Source: Octopus vulgaris (taxonomy: Eukaryota). From it: a DNA stretch of 64,000 bases. The stretch covers positions 19,034,001 to 19,098,000 of the forward strand of contig OX597826.1 of NCBI GenBank assembly GCA_951406725.2. Direction: 5' to 3'. The notes beneath the pieces were generated by a model, which did not search any database, was not told the origin of the DNA, and saw nothing but the letters and a program-made list of their open reading frames with translations. Positions 25,230 to 39,782 of this stretch are shown in pieces. The translations under genes and the position numbers were made by a program. Position 1 is the first letter of the stretch. Each line of letters begins with the position of its first letter.

Positions 25230-26230
25230 CTTTATCTTGAAAGCTGAAATAATACGAGGAAAAGGGCCTGAGTATCCTGCAGATCAATCCGAGCAACCAA
25301 AGTGTTGAAATGCAATACATCAAACTACTCAGAGATGCGAACTCTGGGTGGACAACAAATATAGGTCTGCTATCACCACCAGTAAGGGTCTCAAATGAGA
25401 AGGGTGTCAAGCAAGGAGATTTCACTCCAACGCTCTTAACCATATATCTTGAAATAGTCATCAAAGCCACTGACTGGACAGATAACATGAACATGGCGAG
25501 CAACTAGCACACTACTGATTCGCAGATGACATTGTACTTATTGTTAAAGCCACAGATCAGCTGCAGACTATGCTGACAGAGCTGGACACAGCTTAGCAGT
25601 AGGTCTTAGAATGAACCTCATGGAAACAAAATATATGTGGTCGAAAGTAGTAGCACAAGGCCGAATAGAGGTGGGAAGCGATGAAACTGAGGATGTGAAG
25701 GAATACGTCTACTTTGGGCACCAAGTGAATACGCGCCGAGATAGAGATGCTGAGATCTCGAGAAGAGTAAAGGCAAGATGGAAGACATTTAACTCAATAA
25801 AAGATGTGCTCGAAACAAAGCCAGGCAGTACCATAAATGCCAGACTTCTTCAGCAGTACTGTACTACCTGCGCTCTTATACGCAAATGAGACGTGGGCTA
25901 CTACGAAGAGGATAGATCATCAATTGGTTAGGACGCAAAGGGCCATGGAAAGATCCATACTAGGAACATCATTACAAGAGCATATTCGAAATTGGATAAT
26001 TCGAGAACGGAGCAGCGTGAACGATGTGATCACAGAGTATCGAAAGCACAAGTTCCGCTGGGCTGGACATGTCACGAGGTTCAGACAACAGGTGGATGCG
26101 GGCAGTTTCTGAATAGAATCCAAGAGATCGTAAAAGCCACTTGGAAGGCCTCCACGACGATGGGGAGACAATTTAGTCAAGCTATTTAGATCAAGATGGG
26201 AAAGAATAGTGTAATTAAAACAAAATTGGA
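25230..26230 (+). mobile_element. RTE-1-like LINE RT fragment, decayed
   Basis: KGVKQGD, FADDIVL, EYVYFG, YANETW, QRAMERSILG and KFRWAGHV. Confidence 0.85.
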
Positions 26231-26354
26231 ATCGCACCGTGACCAGTGGTGTATAACAGCATCTGGTGGTGTGGTCGATACAATGATACATATATATCGT
26301 TAAACTAATACATCTGTTCTTCGTCTTTTGTTGGGTTTTTTTTGTAAATTCTCA

Positions 26355-26723
26355 CAGGAGTGGCTGTGAGGTAAGTAGCTTGCTAACCAACCACATGGTT
26401 CCGGGTTCAGTCCCACTGCGTGGCATCTTGGGCAAGTGTCTTCTGCTGTAGCCCCTGGCCGACCAATGCCTTGTGAGTGGATTTGGTAGACGGAAACTGA
26501 AAGAAGCCTGTCGTATATATGTATATATATATATATTTGTATGTGTGTGTATATGTTTGTGTGTCTGTGTTTGTCCCTCTAGCATTGCTTGACAACCGAT
26601 GCTGGTTTGTTTACGTCCCCGTCACTTAGCGGTTCGGCAAAAGAGACCGATAGAATAAGTACTGGGCTTATAAAGAATAAGTCCTGGGGTCGATTTGCTC
26701 GACTAAAGGCGGTGCTCAGCATG
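26355..26723 (+). mobile_element. SINE family A, near full length
   Basis: Head through to GGCGGTGCTCAGCATG. Confidence 0.9.
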
Positions 26724-26874
26724 TATGTATAAAAGAGTATGTATATGTATGTATGTATGTATATATATATAGAGAGTTCAGTAAAAATTTAGATTCAATT
26801 GAATATGGTACTTAAGTTAAAGGCACCAGAATTTGGTATGGTATTATCCATATAATTCAAAATGGGGTGATTAT

Positions 26875-26971
26875 AATCAAAATAAGCAACAAGGATATCC
26901 AATGATAATGCAATGGCATGAAACGATCGTACTGCATTACCTTTGGATATCCTATGTTGCTTATTTTGATT
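26875..26971. repeat. Imperfect palindrome (about 40-bp arms)
   Basis: AATCAAAATAAGCAAC..GGATATCCAA / TTGGATATCC..GTTGCTTATTTTGATT. Confidence 0.85.
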
Positions 26972-27267
26972 TTATATATATATATAGGGGACAGATATTC
27001 TCCGTATAGAATGCACTTCGTAGATCTCAAGCGATTTAAACGTATGCAGGTAGAGGAGTAAATATAGGGATAGCGCAAGTGAGGCAAGTTGATATATAAA
27101 AAATATTAAATGAACTCTTATTCAAACACTTTTATTTCTGATATTTCTTTTCTGTGTAAGTCGGACCTCTTTATATGTAAACATACGTACATATTTTGTA
27201 TTAAATTTAATTAATATTTTCTATATATCGACTTGCCTAACAGATATATAACAGATATATAGCTGAA

Positions 27268-28428
27268 ATTTACAGAAAAACAAAAGACGAACAACAAGCT
27301 GGTGTATTATTGTGACGCTCTGGAAAGTAAAAAAGTATCTTACGTTTCAAGCCTACGCTCTTCGACAGAAAGGAATAAGAGAAAATAAAGAGAGTGGGGA
27401 AACAAAAACTTGTGGATTTAGCGGTCAAGCATGGCGACTGATTAGAAAAAATGTTTGGAAGAAGATGATGAAAGAGGCGGAGATAATAAAGTATTGGTGA
27501 TCCCAAGACGAAGGTGCGCGTGCATGTATGTGAGAATGTGTGTGTGTGTGTGGGGGGAGCTAGTGACTTTGATGTGTGTGGGTTTGTGCGTGTGTGTGTG
27601 TTTGTAACGTATGGCTTCTCATATGTGTGGTGACGCTATTAAAGATTGTGTGTGGATAATGCTGTGTCGTGTGGGTGCTGGGATGTGGTCAGTGCTGGTG
27701 TGTGTGCGTGTAGCTGTTCATATAGTGGTATGTGTGATGATGCTATTGAAGATTGTGTGTGGGTGCATGGATGATGGTGTGTGAGTGATCGGGTGATGGT
27801 GTGTGGTGCGGGTGCTGGGAAGTGGCCAGTGCTAGTGTCTGTGGAGTGGTGTGGTGGGGTAGGGGCGTGGGTGTGTGGGGCAGGGATGTATGTATGGTGT
27901 GGGATAGAGGTGTGACAGTTGGGTGTGGAAGGGTAGAGTGGTGGTATCAATGAAGAGAGAAGGTGGGTAGGAGTGAAGGGAGGGTGTAGGTGTCAGATGA
28001 AACAGGAGGGGATGCGAAGTTAAGTTTATGTGATGCAAAGGAGCGAAGAGCGATTAATTCTTGTTCACGGCGAAGGCTGGAGTCTGGATAGCCCATGTGC
28101 AAAGGCAGTCCGAACACAGACAGGTGTTGTAGTGAATAACCGGTAGAACGAAAATGGCGCGAGACCGGGGTGTCATTGCCGAGTCTGATGTCTCGGAGGT
28201 GCTCCGCGAACCTGTCAGCCAAGCGGCGTCCCGTTTGGCCGATGTACAGGGAAGGGCAGAAAGAGCAGCAGATGCAGTAAATGAGGTTACTAGAAATGCA
28301 AGTAAGGAGTCGGTCATATGATAGAAACGATGATAGGTACCAGTGAGGATGGTGGTGTTGGAGAAGTAGGGGCAAGTACGGCAGCGTAGGCGGGAGCAGG
28401 GGAATGAGCCAGGCTGGGAGGTGGAGTT
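27268..28428 (-). mobile_element. Penelope-like retroelement 3' part (decayed GIY-YIG, 3' UTR, hammerhead variant at 27338-27372)
   Basis: NLIYCICCSFCPSLYIGQTGRRLADRFAEHLRDI. Same family as 39781-41418. Confidence 0.85.
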
Positions 28429-28484
28429 CTATATATATATATATATATATATATAGATTGAGAGAGAGAGAGAGAGAGAGAGAC

Positions 28485-28604
28485 TACATAAATAAGGGTG
28501 CAAAATAGCACTTACAATTGCTGGTAATAAGAGCTACGAAATATAACTTGCATAATTCTTATTTCTAGCAATTGTAGATGCTATTTTGCACCCTTATTTA
28601 TGTA
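28485..28604. repeat. Imperfect palindrome (about 47-bp arms)
   Basis: TACATAAATAAGGGTGCAAAATAGCA / TGCTATTTTGCACCCTTATTTATGTA. Confidence 0.9.
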
Positions 28605-28682
28605 TTCTACCTTTTTGGGTTTTTAATTGCTGAGACACCTATATTATAACGTATCATAATATTAATTTATTGTTATAATAGA

Positions 28683-28840
28683 GGCGCAGAAGTGGCTGTG
28701 TGGTATGTAGCTTGCTTACCAACCGCATGATACCAGGTTAGTCCCACTGCGTGGCACCTTAGGCAAGTGTTTTCTATAGCTTCGGGCCGACCAAAGCCTT
28801 CAGAGTGGATTTGGTAGACGGAGACTAAAAGAAGCCCGTC

Positions 28841-28842
<2 letters not shown>
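28683..28842 (+). mobile_element. SINE family A, 5' half
   Basis: Head and CORE-like block, running into a long (TA)n tract. Confidence 0.8.
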
Positions 28843-29081
<239 letters not shown>

Positions 29082-30079
29082 TAGTACGTGGTTGGATGTA
29101 TAGAAAATAGAAAAGAGCGAAAAAACTACAGAATGCTTGTTTTATAAGGTTAAAGAATATATTTAAGTCGTTATGTTAGAAAAATGTTAGAAAATTTTGC
29201 ATATAGTAACATAGTTTTTGGAGAAATTACCGGTTTCGTGTTAACTTTTCAAATTTCTCAAATGTCTTTACCTACATCGTGTCATGTTTTCGTTATGCAG
29301 TGCAAAAAAGAGTTCCAGACAGGGGAGGTTATAAGCGATTTCTTCCGGTATAAGGGAGATAATCGCTTTATATTTCTTTCCCCCTTTTTTAATGAGATGA
29401 GTTTCTCTGTATAAGAATGTTAGGATGGTTAAGTTCAGGCTTATATTTTTCAATGAAGAATGTTTCCTTGTTTAATCTAGTTTGTATTGGTGTTGCCGTT
29501 TTTTATGTATAGGATATCAAAAGATTCAGTAAGCTTTTGGCTACCAACTAAACTATATTTTCATTCACTTATTTGCATTGGAAAAATTTAAGATGATCAT
29601 TTTGCTTTAGTCACCTATCGTAAACGACATCTTTCACCACTACAACGACGATGACGTCACATTTTCTGAGTTCACGCGTTCGTAACGTAAGTTAGGACGA
29701 TGACTGATAAGTATATGCGTGTGACGGTGTTTGTGTCTGTCTGTATACATACATTTTTGTGGCAACTGACACACACACTTCTAAAGATACAGACAGACAC
29801 ACAGAGACAGAGATAGCTTTGAGGTGTGCATTAATGTATGCCTTTGTGTGTGTATGTGTGTCTTAGTATATGTATGTAACTCTTAGTATATGTATGTAAC
29901 GCGCTGATATTGAAAGTTACAACGACTAGGTTTCATTAGAAAGTGAAAATAGTTGTACACTTGCAATTTCAACCAGAATTACAGAGTTCGATTATGATAC
30001 TGACGATGTGTGAATAATGAAAATAATGTTTCTCCGAATTAGTCACATCTGTATTATAATAAAAAAAAGTTGCTTAGGT

Positions 30080-31069
30080 GATCTTTCGTTTTGACTTGAG
30101 GAGCTCTCATCTGCGTTCGTTAATTTCCGTAAAAAAATTCTTATTTACTTTTGTTTTAAAGTGAAAGAGAGGAGAAAATGAAAGATATGTGTACGTGTTT
30201 ATGAAATGGACGTGTATGTGTGAGAATGAGAGAGAGGAAGGGAGAAAGAGAAAAAGAGGTGAGAAGAAAGAGAGAGAGGAAGGGAGAAAGAGAGAGAGAA
30301 AAGGAGTGACTGAAGGGTGTGGTCATGTATACGTACATACATCAATACATATGCATACATCTTTTTTGTATGTACATGTGTGTGCGTGAGAGAGAGAATG
30401 AACGCGTGTGTTCTCATGTATGTGTAAGCGGCACTCACTATCTCTCTCTCTCTCTCTCTCAGACACACACATACACACACATACACGTGCACACACACAC
30501 GTCCATTTCATATACACGTTCATACATTTTTCCCTTTCTCCTCTCTTTCATTTTAAGACAAAAATAAATAAATAAAAATTTTTTACTGAAATTACAACTT
30601 TGAGAGTTACAACGAAATATAGCCGCTGCTTATTATCTATCTACCAAATAAACTGTGTTTTTCACTAAACAACTCTTTTTTACAACTAAAATAACCTCAG
30701 CAACTACGCGGGTCGCACAATTTTGAGGTCATTTTCGGACAATATTTCAATTTGCTTCTAATGATTCACTTTCGTCCAATGTTACACGCATGCGTAGAAT
30801 TCTACTCGAACAAACATTTATGAAGATGTAAACATAAATATTGTATTAAAATAAGCCACAACAAAAAAAGGCATTAAAAGGCATCCATTAATCAGGAAAT
30901 ACAGTCTCTCTCTCTCTCTCTCACGCACAAAAAAGATGTATGCATATGTATTTATGGGTAAATAATACGCACACACGGTGATTAGGGTTAGGGTTACGCC
31001 GAAACCGGGTGGTGTACGTATCCTTTACTTCTGCCTATTTATGTACGTGTATATGAAAGATAATGTGTA

Positions 31070-31118
<49 letters not shown>

Positions 31119-31252
31119 AAGTGAGTGACACTGACACATACATGCAAAACAATTCATACATCACAACACACACCTTCACTTTCTCTCTCTCTCTCACTCT
31201 CACTCTCTTTTTCTCTCTCTCTTTCTCTCTCTCTCTCACTCTCACTCTCTTT

Positions 31253-31291
<39 letters not shown>

Positions 31292-31507
31292 ATCACACAC
31301 ACACACATGTCCACTTCATATACACGTACATCATTCACTTTCTCCTTTCACTTCAAAGCAAATATCGCTTTTTCCCTTTATCCTCTCTTTCAGTTTCTGC
31401 TCTCTTTAAAGCATAAAGAAATTCAAAGAATTTTATGGAAATTATTGAACAATCATATGATCCCATATATGTCGAGTTGACAACTTTGCTTCTTCAAACG
31501 AAAGAAT
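30080..31507. mobile_element. Decayed TIR/fold-back element with internal inverted arms
   Basis: Termini TCTTTCGTTTTGA / TCAAACGAAAGA. 30130-30215 is inverted at 30498-30590 and partly again at about 31305-31355. Confidence 0.55.
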
Positions 31508-33055
31508 GCCATAAAGTAACTTCCTTTCACACACACGCACTTGCACACTTACATGTATACACACATGCACACACACACACACACACATACACACTTACAC
31601 ACACTGTAGGTAAAATTTCTGTGTGGATTATGTTATCTCTTGCAGCGTGCACGAGCAAATTTAAATCTCAAATCCAATTGAAATGATTTTTTTCTATTGT
31701 GTAATTTGTGTTTGTGATGAGGGTATTTAAAATCCTGATCTTCGATATAAACTCAAAAGAAAGTTTTCTCTGACATCCTGTCCTTTACCGTTTCTTTCTA
31801 GCATGTCCGAGGTGACATTTCCGCTCTCTAGCCTTGTTTTTTCCTAAATCTCTTCCGATTTCTACGTTTGCGAAACACGACATTAGGTTTTCACCCACAA
31901 AACACCTTCTCAATATTTTAATTTTCTCCCTCTCCACACCAAATTCATTTTTTATTTTTTCAAATTATTTTTCTTGCTAATCCATGGGGAAAACACAGAC
32001 AATATGGATCTTTAAGAATTTTACCCATCACCTCACCACTTTCAAAAACTTATACACTTCCAGTGTTTCACTTTTAGCTTTTTGGAAAACGGGGAAGTTT
32101 CTTCTGAAATAATGTTATTTACCTGTTGTTTCTTGCATCTGGCATTTTTTAAGTTTTCTATTTCAGTAGAATTCTATGCATGCAGGAACCATCAGACAAA
32201 AGTGAAAGCGAGTAAGTGATGGGTGGGCGAGGTGGAGGAAGGGGAATTGTGTGTGTCTTTAAGAAAAATTAAAGAAAAAAAAAATCGAAAAAGTTACAAT
32301 TTAAGAAATTGCGGTGAGGATGGGGGGAAATTAAAATTTTGAAAACGTGATTTCTGGACAGAATCGTAATAAACCCCTTTTATACATTGAAACAATACAT
32401 AGTTTGTGATCCTTCTTAAGAACGGAAAGCACTTTCATGCAAACCCATGCAATTCATACCCTCCTCCTTCACTTTTAAACAAACAATAACTTCCATTATG
32501 CCACTAGCTATATATCAGTGGTGTCGATTCTGTCCTGTTATTATTATCATCATTGTTTTTTTTGTATTATTTTTGTATTTATATTCGTGTAACATCGTCC
32601 GTTTTTCCGTCCTTGTTTCGTATACATTCGATGCCTTTTTCCAAGGAATCTAATGCTCTTAGCTTAGTTTTTCCTTGGGGTTGGCCAGATTGGAGCAATC
32701 TCAAGATTAATCAGCCGAAATTGTGAGGATGATCCGGTTCTTGACTGAGGATTAAAGGCTTCGAATGACCCGTACGTGTTTTTTGTATCGTCTATCTGGA
32801 TGTTTTGTTGTCCCTTTTTGTATCACCTAGTTGTCCGGATGTTATGCGTTCTTGTCCCATTTTGTATATATATATATATATATATTACGGAGATGTACTC
32901 GCATAGCAAGTAATTTGATCTGAGATCGTGTGCTGAAACGAAAACAATTGCAGCGTGGAAGGTGTTTATAAGCCATTTAAGAAACACACAAAAGCCGTTC
33001 GATTCACTCCAACATTTAAGTTTAATTTGTCAAAATATTTTCGTCGCTAAATATA

Positions 33056-33119
<64 letters not shown>

Positions 33120-33547
33120 CGCCCTTCCTGGAATTGGTACACACTTCATTCAAAATTATTTTCCTAGGGCAGCATGACGAAATCCCAGGTTGAGCTTGAT
33201 ATTCTGGTAGTCTACATCGACACCTGTTTCATCTATTTCTACCGCTTCCCTCCAGATCTGTAAGAGCTTCGCAAGATGTTACCTTGACTATAGAGTTGAT
33301 GTTGAAAATGAAAGAGAAAGTAAGAAGAGTGAATATATTACTGCTGCTGCTGCTGTTTTTTGATCACTTCTTAGCATACTTCACCAAATCGGTTGAGCTC
33401 AGTGGAACTTCGTTGCTTCAATATTGATGAATTATCAATGAAACCTGAATCAAATATTGAAATAGATATAATCAATTGTAACCCTCTTCGCAAATTTCTA
33501 GCTTTGCATCTATGTAAGAAATCATCAGTATCATTATCATTATGAAA

Positions 33548-33690
33548 GCTAGTTGAATCGTTAGGGTATCAGATCATTACGTTCTGCGTTCAAATCCCAC
33601 CGAGATCAAGTTTGCTGTTCATCCTTCCAGGGTCGATGAATTAGCACCCTCCCCTATGTTTGGCTTTCTGTCTATATTAGAAACTATTAT
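33548..33690 (+). mobile_element. SINE family B, degenerate
   Basis: GTTCAAATCCCACCGAG...TTCATCCTTCCAGGGTCGATG. Confidence 0.6.
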
Positions 33691-33729
33691 TATTACTGTT
33701 ATTTAGTCGTAGGAAGAGAAAGAGTAAAA

Positions 33730-34330
33730 TGGCGTGTAGCCTCTTATACTGGTGAGGTGGGTTCAGTTGATATAGAGCTTGAATTAGGGAAAAGATGGAA
33801 AGGAAGGACATACAGAAAGTTTTGAAGATGAGTGATTGAGAAAATTGCTAAGTATGTGGTTTGGTGGGTGAGAAACAGTACGGATGATGAGAATAGAACA
33901 GGACACATTGCATGAATCAAGATGGCCACGATTTCAGAGCTAATAGCCCAAATAGACGAGTCAAAATACATCCGTGGTGGAGTGTGCTCCTCAGTGAAGC
34001 TTTCTAATAAGTTTGCTGAATCGTTTGAGATTAAATGTATAAAATATATTATCCAAATATGTAAACAGTACTCTAATATGCGTCCTATTTGTGCATTGGA
34101 ACGAGCGAGAAATTTTGCAGAATGAAAGTAATATGTGACCTTGATGCAACGTTGCAAATATGTGGTGGCCATGAGCGATGATGAGAATGTGAGGCTTTTC
34201 ATTTGTAAAGATAATTTATGATTTTAAAGAGAGTGAAAAGATATAGATGAGAAACAAGAAATAAACAGAGAACAAATCCTGTCTGACCTCGCTATCAGTG
34301 CTTAATCTCTCTACCTCACACATAAAATTC
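33730..34330 (-). mobile_element. Highly decayed Jockey/CR1-group LINE fragment
   Basis: AQIGRILEYCLHIW resembles the post-RT motif (K)AQIRP.LEYCS.IW. Confidence 0.45.
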
Positions 34331-36289
34331 CTTCCTCTCATTCTCTTCTGGAACAACATCTTTCACTTCTTATAACAACTTGAAAAGTTCACTCTAAACA
34401 TAAGTGTATCAATCTCTCGAATATGAGAATAATTCCGCGCAATATCGACACTGTTGCAGTTCTCAAAGTAAATATAAAAACTATAATGTTAAGTTAAGGA
34501 CTAATCAAGTAGTCTCTTCTTCGGATATATCAGCTTCGTTGTCGTCCTTCTAGTTTCGATATACTGGACTTCTGTTTTTGTACTGGTTTAATAGTAAAGT
34601 ATCATTGATGCTTGTAACACATTGAACAGTTTAGTTACTGAAGTGGGGGTGGGGGGTGGAAGACATTAGATTGGTAGTTAATAAAAGTAAAACAAAAACA
34701 AGAATCCAGAATGGGAATATCCTTGGTGAAGAACTTTAATTATTTAGGTACAATTATATCCGGTAATGGTTTCCTTCACTCGAAACTTCAAGAGAAACTG
34801 AAAGAAGGTTGAACAAGCAATGAAAATGTTGAAACCCGTATAGACTCCAAATAAAATAAAGCATGTATATATAATATAACTTTTACGTTACTCTTTGTGC
34901 GAACTATTTTAACCTATTCATCACGGGAGTGCCTGAGTGTAAATGGCCGAAGACCAGCCAACCCCGAGGACAGAGACCATTGTAGGAGTGGTAGAAGAAA
35001 CATAGTGAGAGGACAGCACGTCGGTAAGCCGGGGATTGGAGCCTATTTGTGAGTGATTTATACTAAACACTTGAGTGGTCTTTCTTTGGATGTAGTCGGG
35101 AATGTCTGTGCGTTTAGCAACAGCACCGCCCCAGGTTCGAGATCAGTATACAGTTGTGGTGTCAGAGATCTGTAGAGCGGTTTGGAGTTGAAATGAAAAA
35201 GTAAACCAAATAAAAGATCGAAATAACGCAAAAATGGAAAATTACGAGATGTGTAGGTCAGCCTATAATAACTGGTGTCCGATGGATGTAAATTAACGTT
35301 AAATGACGAATTAAGCCTCTGAAAAGTAAAATTGGAGAAACTACTGTGGGTGGTGGTTAAAAATGGAAAGTGAAGTTATTAGTGGTGTTCCGAAATGCGA
35401 AGGATGTTCTATAAAATATAGAAAACTGAAGATATTCGGAAATAAATCGGTCTGAAATACACTCACAAAAGGTGATTAAACCAACGCTGAAACGTTGAGG
35501 CAATACTAGAAAGGTGCAGACACAGACGAAAATACATCCTAAGATCTTAGTCTAAATTGTCTGAGCAGTACAGCAATACGAACAGCCGCATCTTGGTACG
35601 TTGTTTTCAAGATGTCGACCCTGCACCCTAATCTCTAACCCCTGACTTAATGCCTTATTGCTTGTTCCTCACCATTCACTTCTCTCACCTTATCCCCCAC
35701 GCAATACACACTCAATCCATATCTTCTCTATACAGCTGTCCAACGATGCATCTTTTATCTTTGAACCGTCTCGTTACAATCTACACACATAGCTATCCAT
35801 CTCTTTCTCTCACCCTCTCTAGTTTACTGTCTATTTTACGAATATAACTGTTTATCCATCACCTCTCTATTTGCATGTCCATCATTCCTTTTATATCTAT
35901 GTATCTGTCTGTCTGTCGGTCGGTCGGTCAGTCAACCAGTCTATCTGTTTGTCTACCAACTGTTTCCTTCTCTGTCCACTTTCCTTGCTTTTTCTTTTGT
36001 TCCCTTTATTCTTTTGCTTTTTGTCTCTCTCTCTCTCTCTCTCCATGACTTCTGCTTATCTTCCTTTCTTTGTTACTCCCTCCTTTTATATATATTTTTT
36101 CTTTCCTTCTTTGTATTTCTCTGTTTTCCTAACTAGTAAGCAAAAAGATACAGATGTAGGTTATACTCTCTTTCCCGTGTTACTGACTGTACTCAGAATG
36201 TACCAGTCTGTTTAAAAACTTCCGCTGACTTCTGAAAATGTGTGCGTGTTCTCCTCTGTTTTTGATTATTTAAATTCTTCCTCTGAGGA

Positions 36290-36870
36290 ATGAGCTGGTT
36301 TCTAACAAAGATACAAAGTTCCATCGCTGGAATGTAGATAACAAAAGCAACGCCACATTTTAAACATGAGAAAAGTCTTGCATATTTTTACTGTTCCACT
36401 TACTGACTGTATTTGTAATGTGAGAGTTTGTTGGTTGATTTCTTTTTCTGAAAAACCTTGTTTATCTAGATTGTTACTTAGGCATTTACCAACAAAACCA
36501 AGTGCGCCAATTATCATTGGTATAAATATGAATTTATAGTCTGGATATAGAAGCTGGAGGTTTCGAAGCATTTGGCCATGGTTATCCTCTTTCTCCTTGA
36601 TTTTCAAAGATATCTTCACATCAGCAACGCTGCTGACCTCTATGACAGTACATAGATTTTCGTGTCTGACCCTGACAATATCCTGTTATGTTTACACTTA
36701 ACAGATGTTTTGATGGGAATGTTCCACAGGTATTCCTTATATTAATGTTTGTGTATGTATTCAATAACAGGGGGATTTCTCTCTATTTACTCCAGGACAG
36801 TCCTTTTTTTACCGAATGGCATTATATATTGTTTTTGCGACAACGTCGTATTGCATAGAGAGGTAGCACA
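36290..36870 (-). mobile_element. R4/Dong-like LINE 3' end (restriction-like endonuclease domain), decayed
   Basis: KCKHNR/DIV...CTVIEVS...KEKED...LLYPDYKFIFIPMIIGALG fits the PD-(D/E)xK RLE layout of R2/R4-group elements. Confidence 0.75.
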
Positions 36871-37055
36871 TATAAATAGCCAAAGCCACACACACACACG
36901 CATACACATACACGTGCTATTATTACACACACACACACAGACCCGCGCGCACGCACACACCCACACATGCGCATACGTATCTCCTCCTCTTGCACTCTCC
37001 TGTCTTAGAAAGAACTTTTTCTTCACCCATTCCCTTCCGGTCATTTCAAAATGTA

Positions 37056-37237
37056 ACCGCGTGTGTATCGTTGGCGATTTTCTTCCTTCGCCTTCCTTCC
37101 TTTGGACTTTCCTCTATTTCTGAAGAAGAGCTTGGCTCGAAATGTTAAATCCTCTTTTCTTTCTTTCCTGAGCGTCTGATAATAGAGTACATGTACAACG
37201 TCCTCGCGTTATTATTTTTTCTTGTTTGGATTCACTA
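37056..37237 (+). mobile_element. Penelope-like terminal fragment with a minimal hammerhead (37116-37150)
   Basis: AUUU-CUGAAGA-A-GAGC-UUG-GCUC-GAAAU-GUU-AAAU. Confidence 0.6.
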
Positions 37238-38529
37238 TATATATATATATACATACATAAACATGCATAAACATTTCAAACATGTCTCGTAACACATACA
37301 TGCGTATAGACATGTGTATGCACGTACGTGTGTGTGTATGTGTGTGTGTGGTGTAATTATAGGCTGTGGTCCGACGTCATCCGAGATGATAGTTAACTTG
37401 TATAATCCTCAGTCTAAGGGAACTGTAATCTAAGATGCAGGGAACTCCAATAATTAAAGTACTCCAATATAAGAGTGTATTACCAGGATAGGTACAGGAG
37501 GTCCGTGGCCACCCAGTAGACAAGCTTCACAGAAGCGTTTTCACCTCGTTTGCTCCTTTTAGTTTTCGTGTTTTATCCATTTATTTTTCTGTCTCTCGTC
37601 TTTCCTCCTCTCGTTAAACCAGACGCCGCCCTCTTCCGTAGAAGGACAATGTCAGAAACGGCATAATTAACTCTTTCCGTTTCTATGAGCTTGAAACTGA
37701 TGCTTTAATAGAGAACTTATCTCCTCTCAATTTCTCTATTTTTTTCTCGTTCTTTTATCGCGCGCGCGCGTGTGCGTGTGTTTGTGTGTGTACATACATA
37801 TATTCATATTTTCATAGCCACAGGCACATATATGTATATATAAATGTTCACGCACGTAGAGAAACACTCTCACACACTACTACTACTACTACTACGACTA
37901 CTACTACGACTACTATTTATGAGCTGTATGCACACGGAACACTTCTAAACAGTCAGAAGTACGAGGTCAGAGTAGAGAAAAAAAAATTTTTTAATGACAT
38001 TGTGATGAGGATATTTAGCCCTCCAGTGGTCACTCTAGGTGGCGTGGGTGTTTCAGTCACCTAGTGACAAAAGTTATTACATGCTTCACGTGATAGGCAC
38101 ACAGGGTATTCATGCCATCTAGTCAATTATTCAGTGTGACATTTCAGCGACAACAGTCACCACGTGCAAAAATGGTGGTTTCAGGTGACTAAAAATCAAA
38201 CCACGAAAACGTCTTCAGTTTGAAGACACGTGGCATATAATAAAGTGCAGGTCATTTCCAGGTTATCGGCGGGGAAAGGCTTGAAATTCATTTCTAGTGC
38301 GTATTTGTGGATAACAAGAAGATTGATAGGTCGTTTCTTTTTTTCCCCTACTGACAGGAAGTGTCGGCCGGTATGCAGTTTCTCATAGAATCAGAATTGG
38401 CATATGCAAATTAGTAAGTAAGGAGGGGGTCCTGTTAAGAATGCTCCAAGTGATGTTGAAGAAGTCGTTTTCTTGCTCCTGAAGTCTCAAGGAAAGAAAC
38501 CCGCCCTGTGCGCGCGCGCGTATGTGAGT

Positions 38530-38730
38530 GTGTGTTTGTATTTGTCCTCCACCACCACTTAACAACATGTGTTAGATTGTTCATGTCCCCGTAATATAGC
38601 GGTTCGACAAGAGACCAATAGAATAAGCACCAGGCTTAAAAAGTAAGTACTGGGTTCGATGTGTTCGTCTAAAACCTTTTGAGATGATACTCCAGCATGG
38701 GCACAGTCCAATGACCGAAACGAGTAAATG
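38530..38730 (+). mobile_element. SINE family A, 3' half, diverged
   Basis: AGCGGTTCGACAAGAGACCAATAGAATAAG...CTCCAGCATGG. Confidence 0.7.
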
Positions 38731-39727
38731 ATGAAAGAAATATGTGTGTATGTATGTGTTTGTATTTATGTGCGTGTGTGTATGTTCATACGCATGTATA
38801 TACTTCGGGCAGAAGCCATGAGTAAGCATTCAGTAGAGGTAGTAAGCATTAAGAAGAAAACAATTCCCAACAAAAAGCATTATCTTTCAGAATGTTTTCG
38901 TTTCATTCTTAAACTCTCTTCGCGCAGTTGTACAATATTCACAACTGTAACTTCATATTTTAATTTATATTGTAACGATATTTGATTGCTTTTGCAATTT
39001 GATGGACACTTATTTCAGAAGAATCCGATGCTCACCGTAGATGTCTATAAACATTGTGGGAATTTCGTTCTACTTTCTGCGATTTTGCCCGGACGACGCA
39101 TCATTTTGTCTTTGGTTACAAATATACAAATGATTGTGTTGCCTGCAGAACGAGAGTTTTCTCGGTTGTCACGAACCCAATTTCCAATTTCTCTGTATAA
39201 ATATTCTGTATGGGAAGAGAAATACAGTTTCTATGATGAAATGTTAATAGCTCTGAGACATTACAATACATACATACATACATACATACATACATACATA
39301 CATACATACATACATACATACATGTATATGGAACTGATAACTTCTACTATTCCTTGCAGTGGATTATCATTGTACATTCTCATTTGAAACTGCTAATGGA
39401 CCTTATCTATAGATTTAATATTTCTATGATCATCGAACAGCATAACGCATACCTATTTTATACTCTGACCTTTCCTTCATTTTGACAAACTGGAATGTAC
39501 TAATATTTCTGGTTGGGGACATTTCTTCATCTTTACATTTCTCTGACTTCTCCCTCTCTGATGACGGTTTACTCAGCTTTTGAAATTCTAGCCCAATTTC
39601 ATGATCCACAAACTTGGTTGTTCTAGAAACAGCTGTAAGAGGCTCTATATGTTTATGTTCTCTAAATCTTTTTCGAGTGATGTCAAATGTTGTGCTTTTC
39701 ATTTTTTATTCAAATCCCCCCTCTCTC

Positions 39728-39780
<53 letters not shown>

Positions 39781-39782
<2 letters not shown>

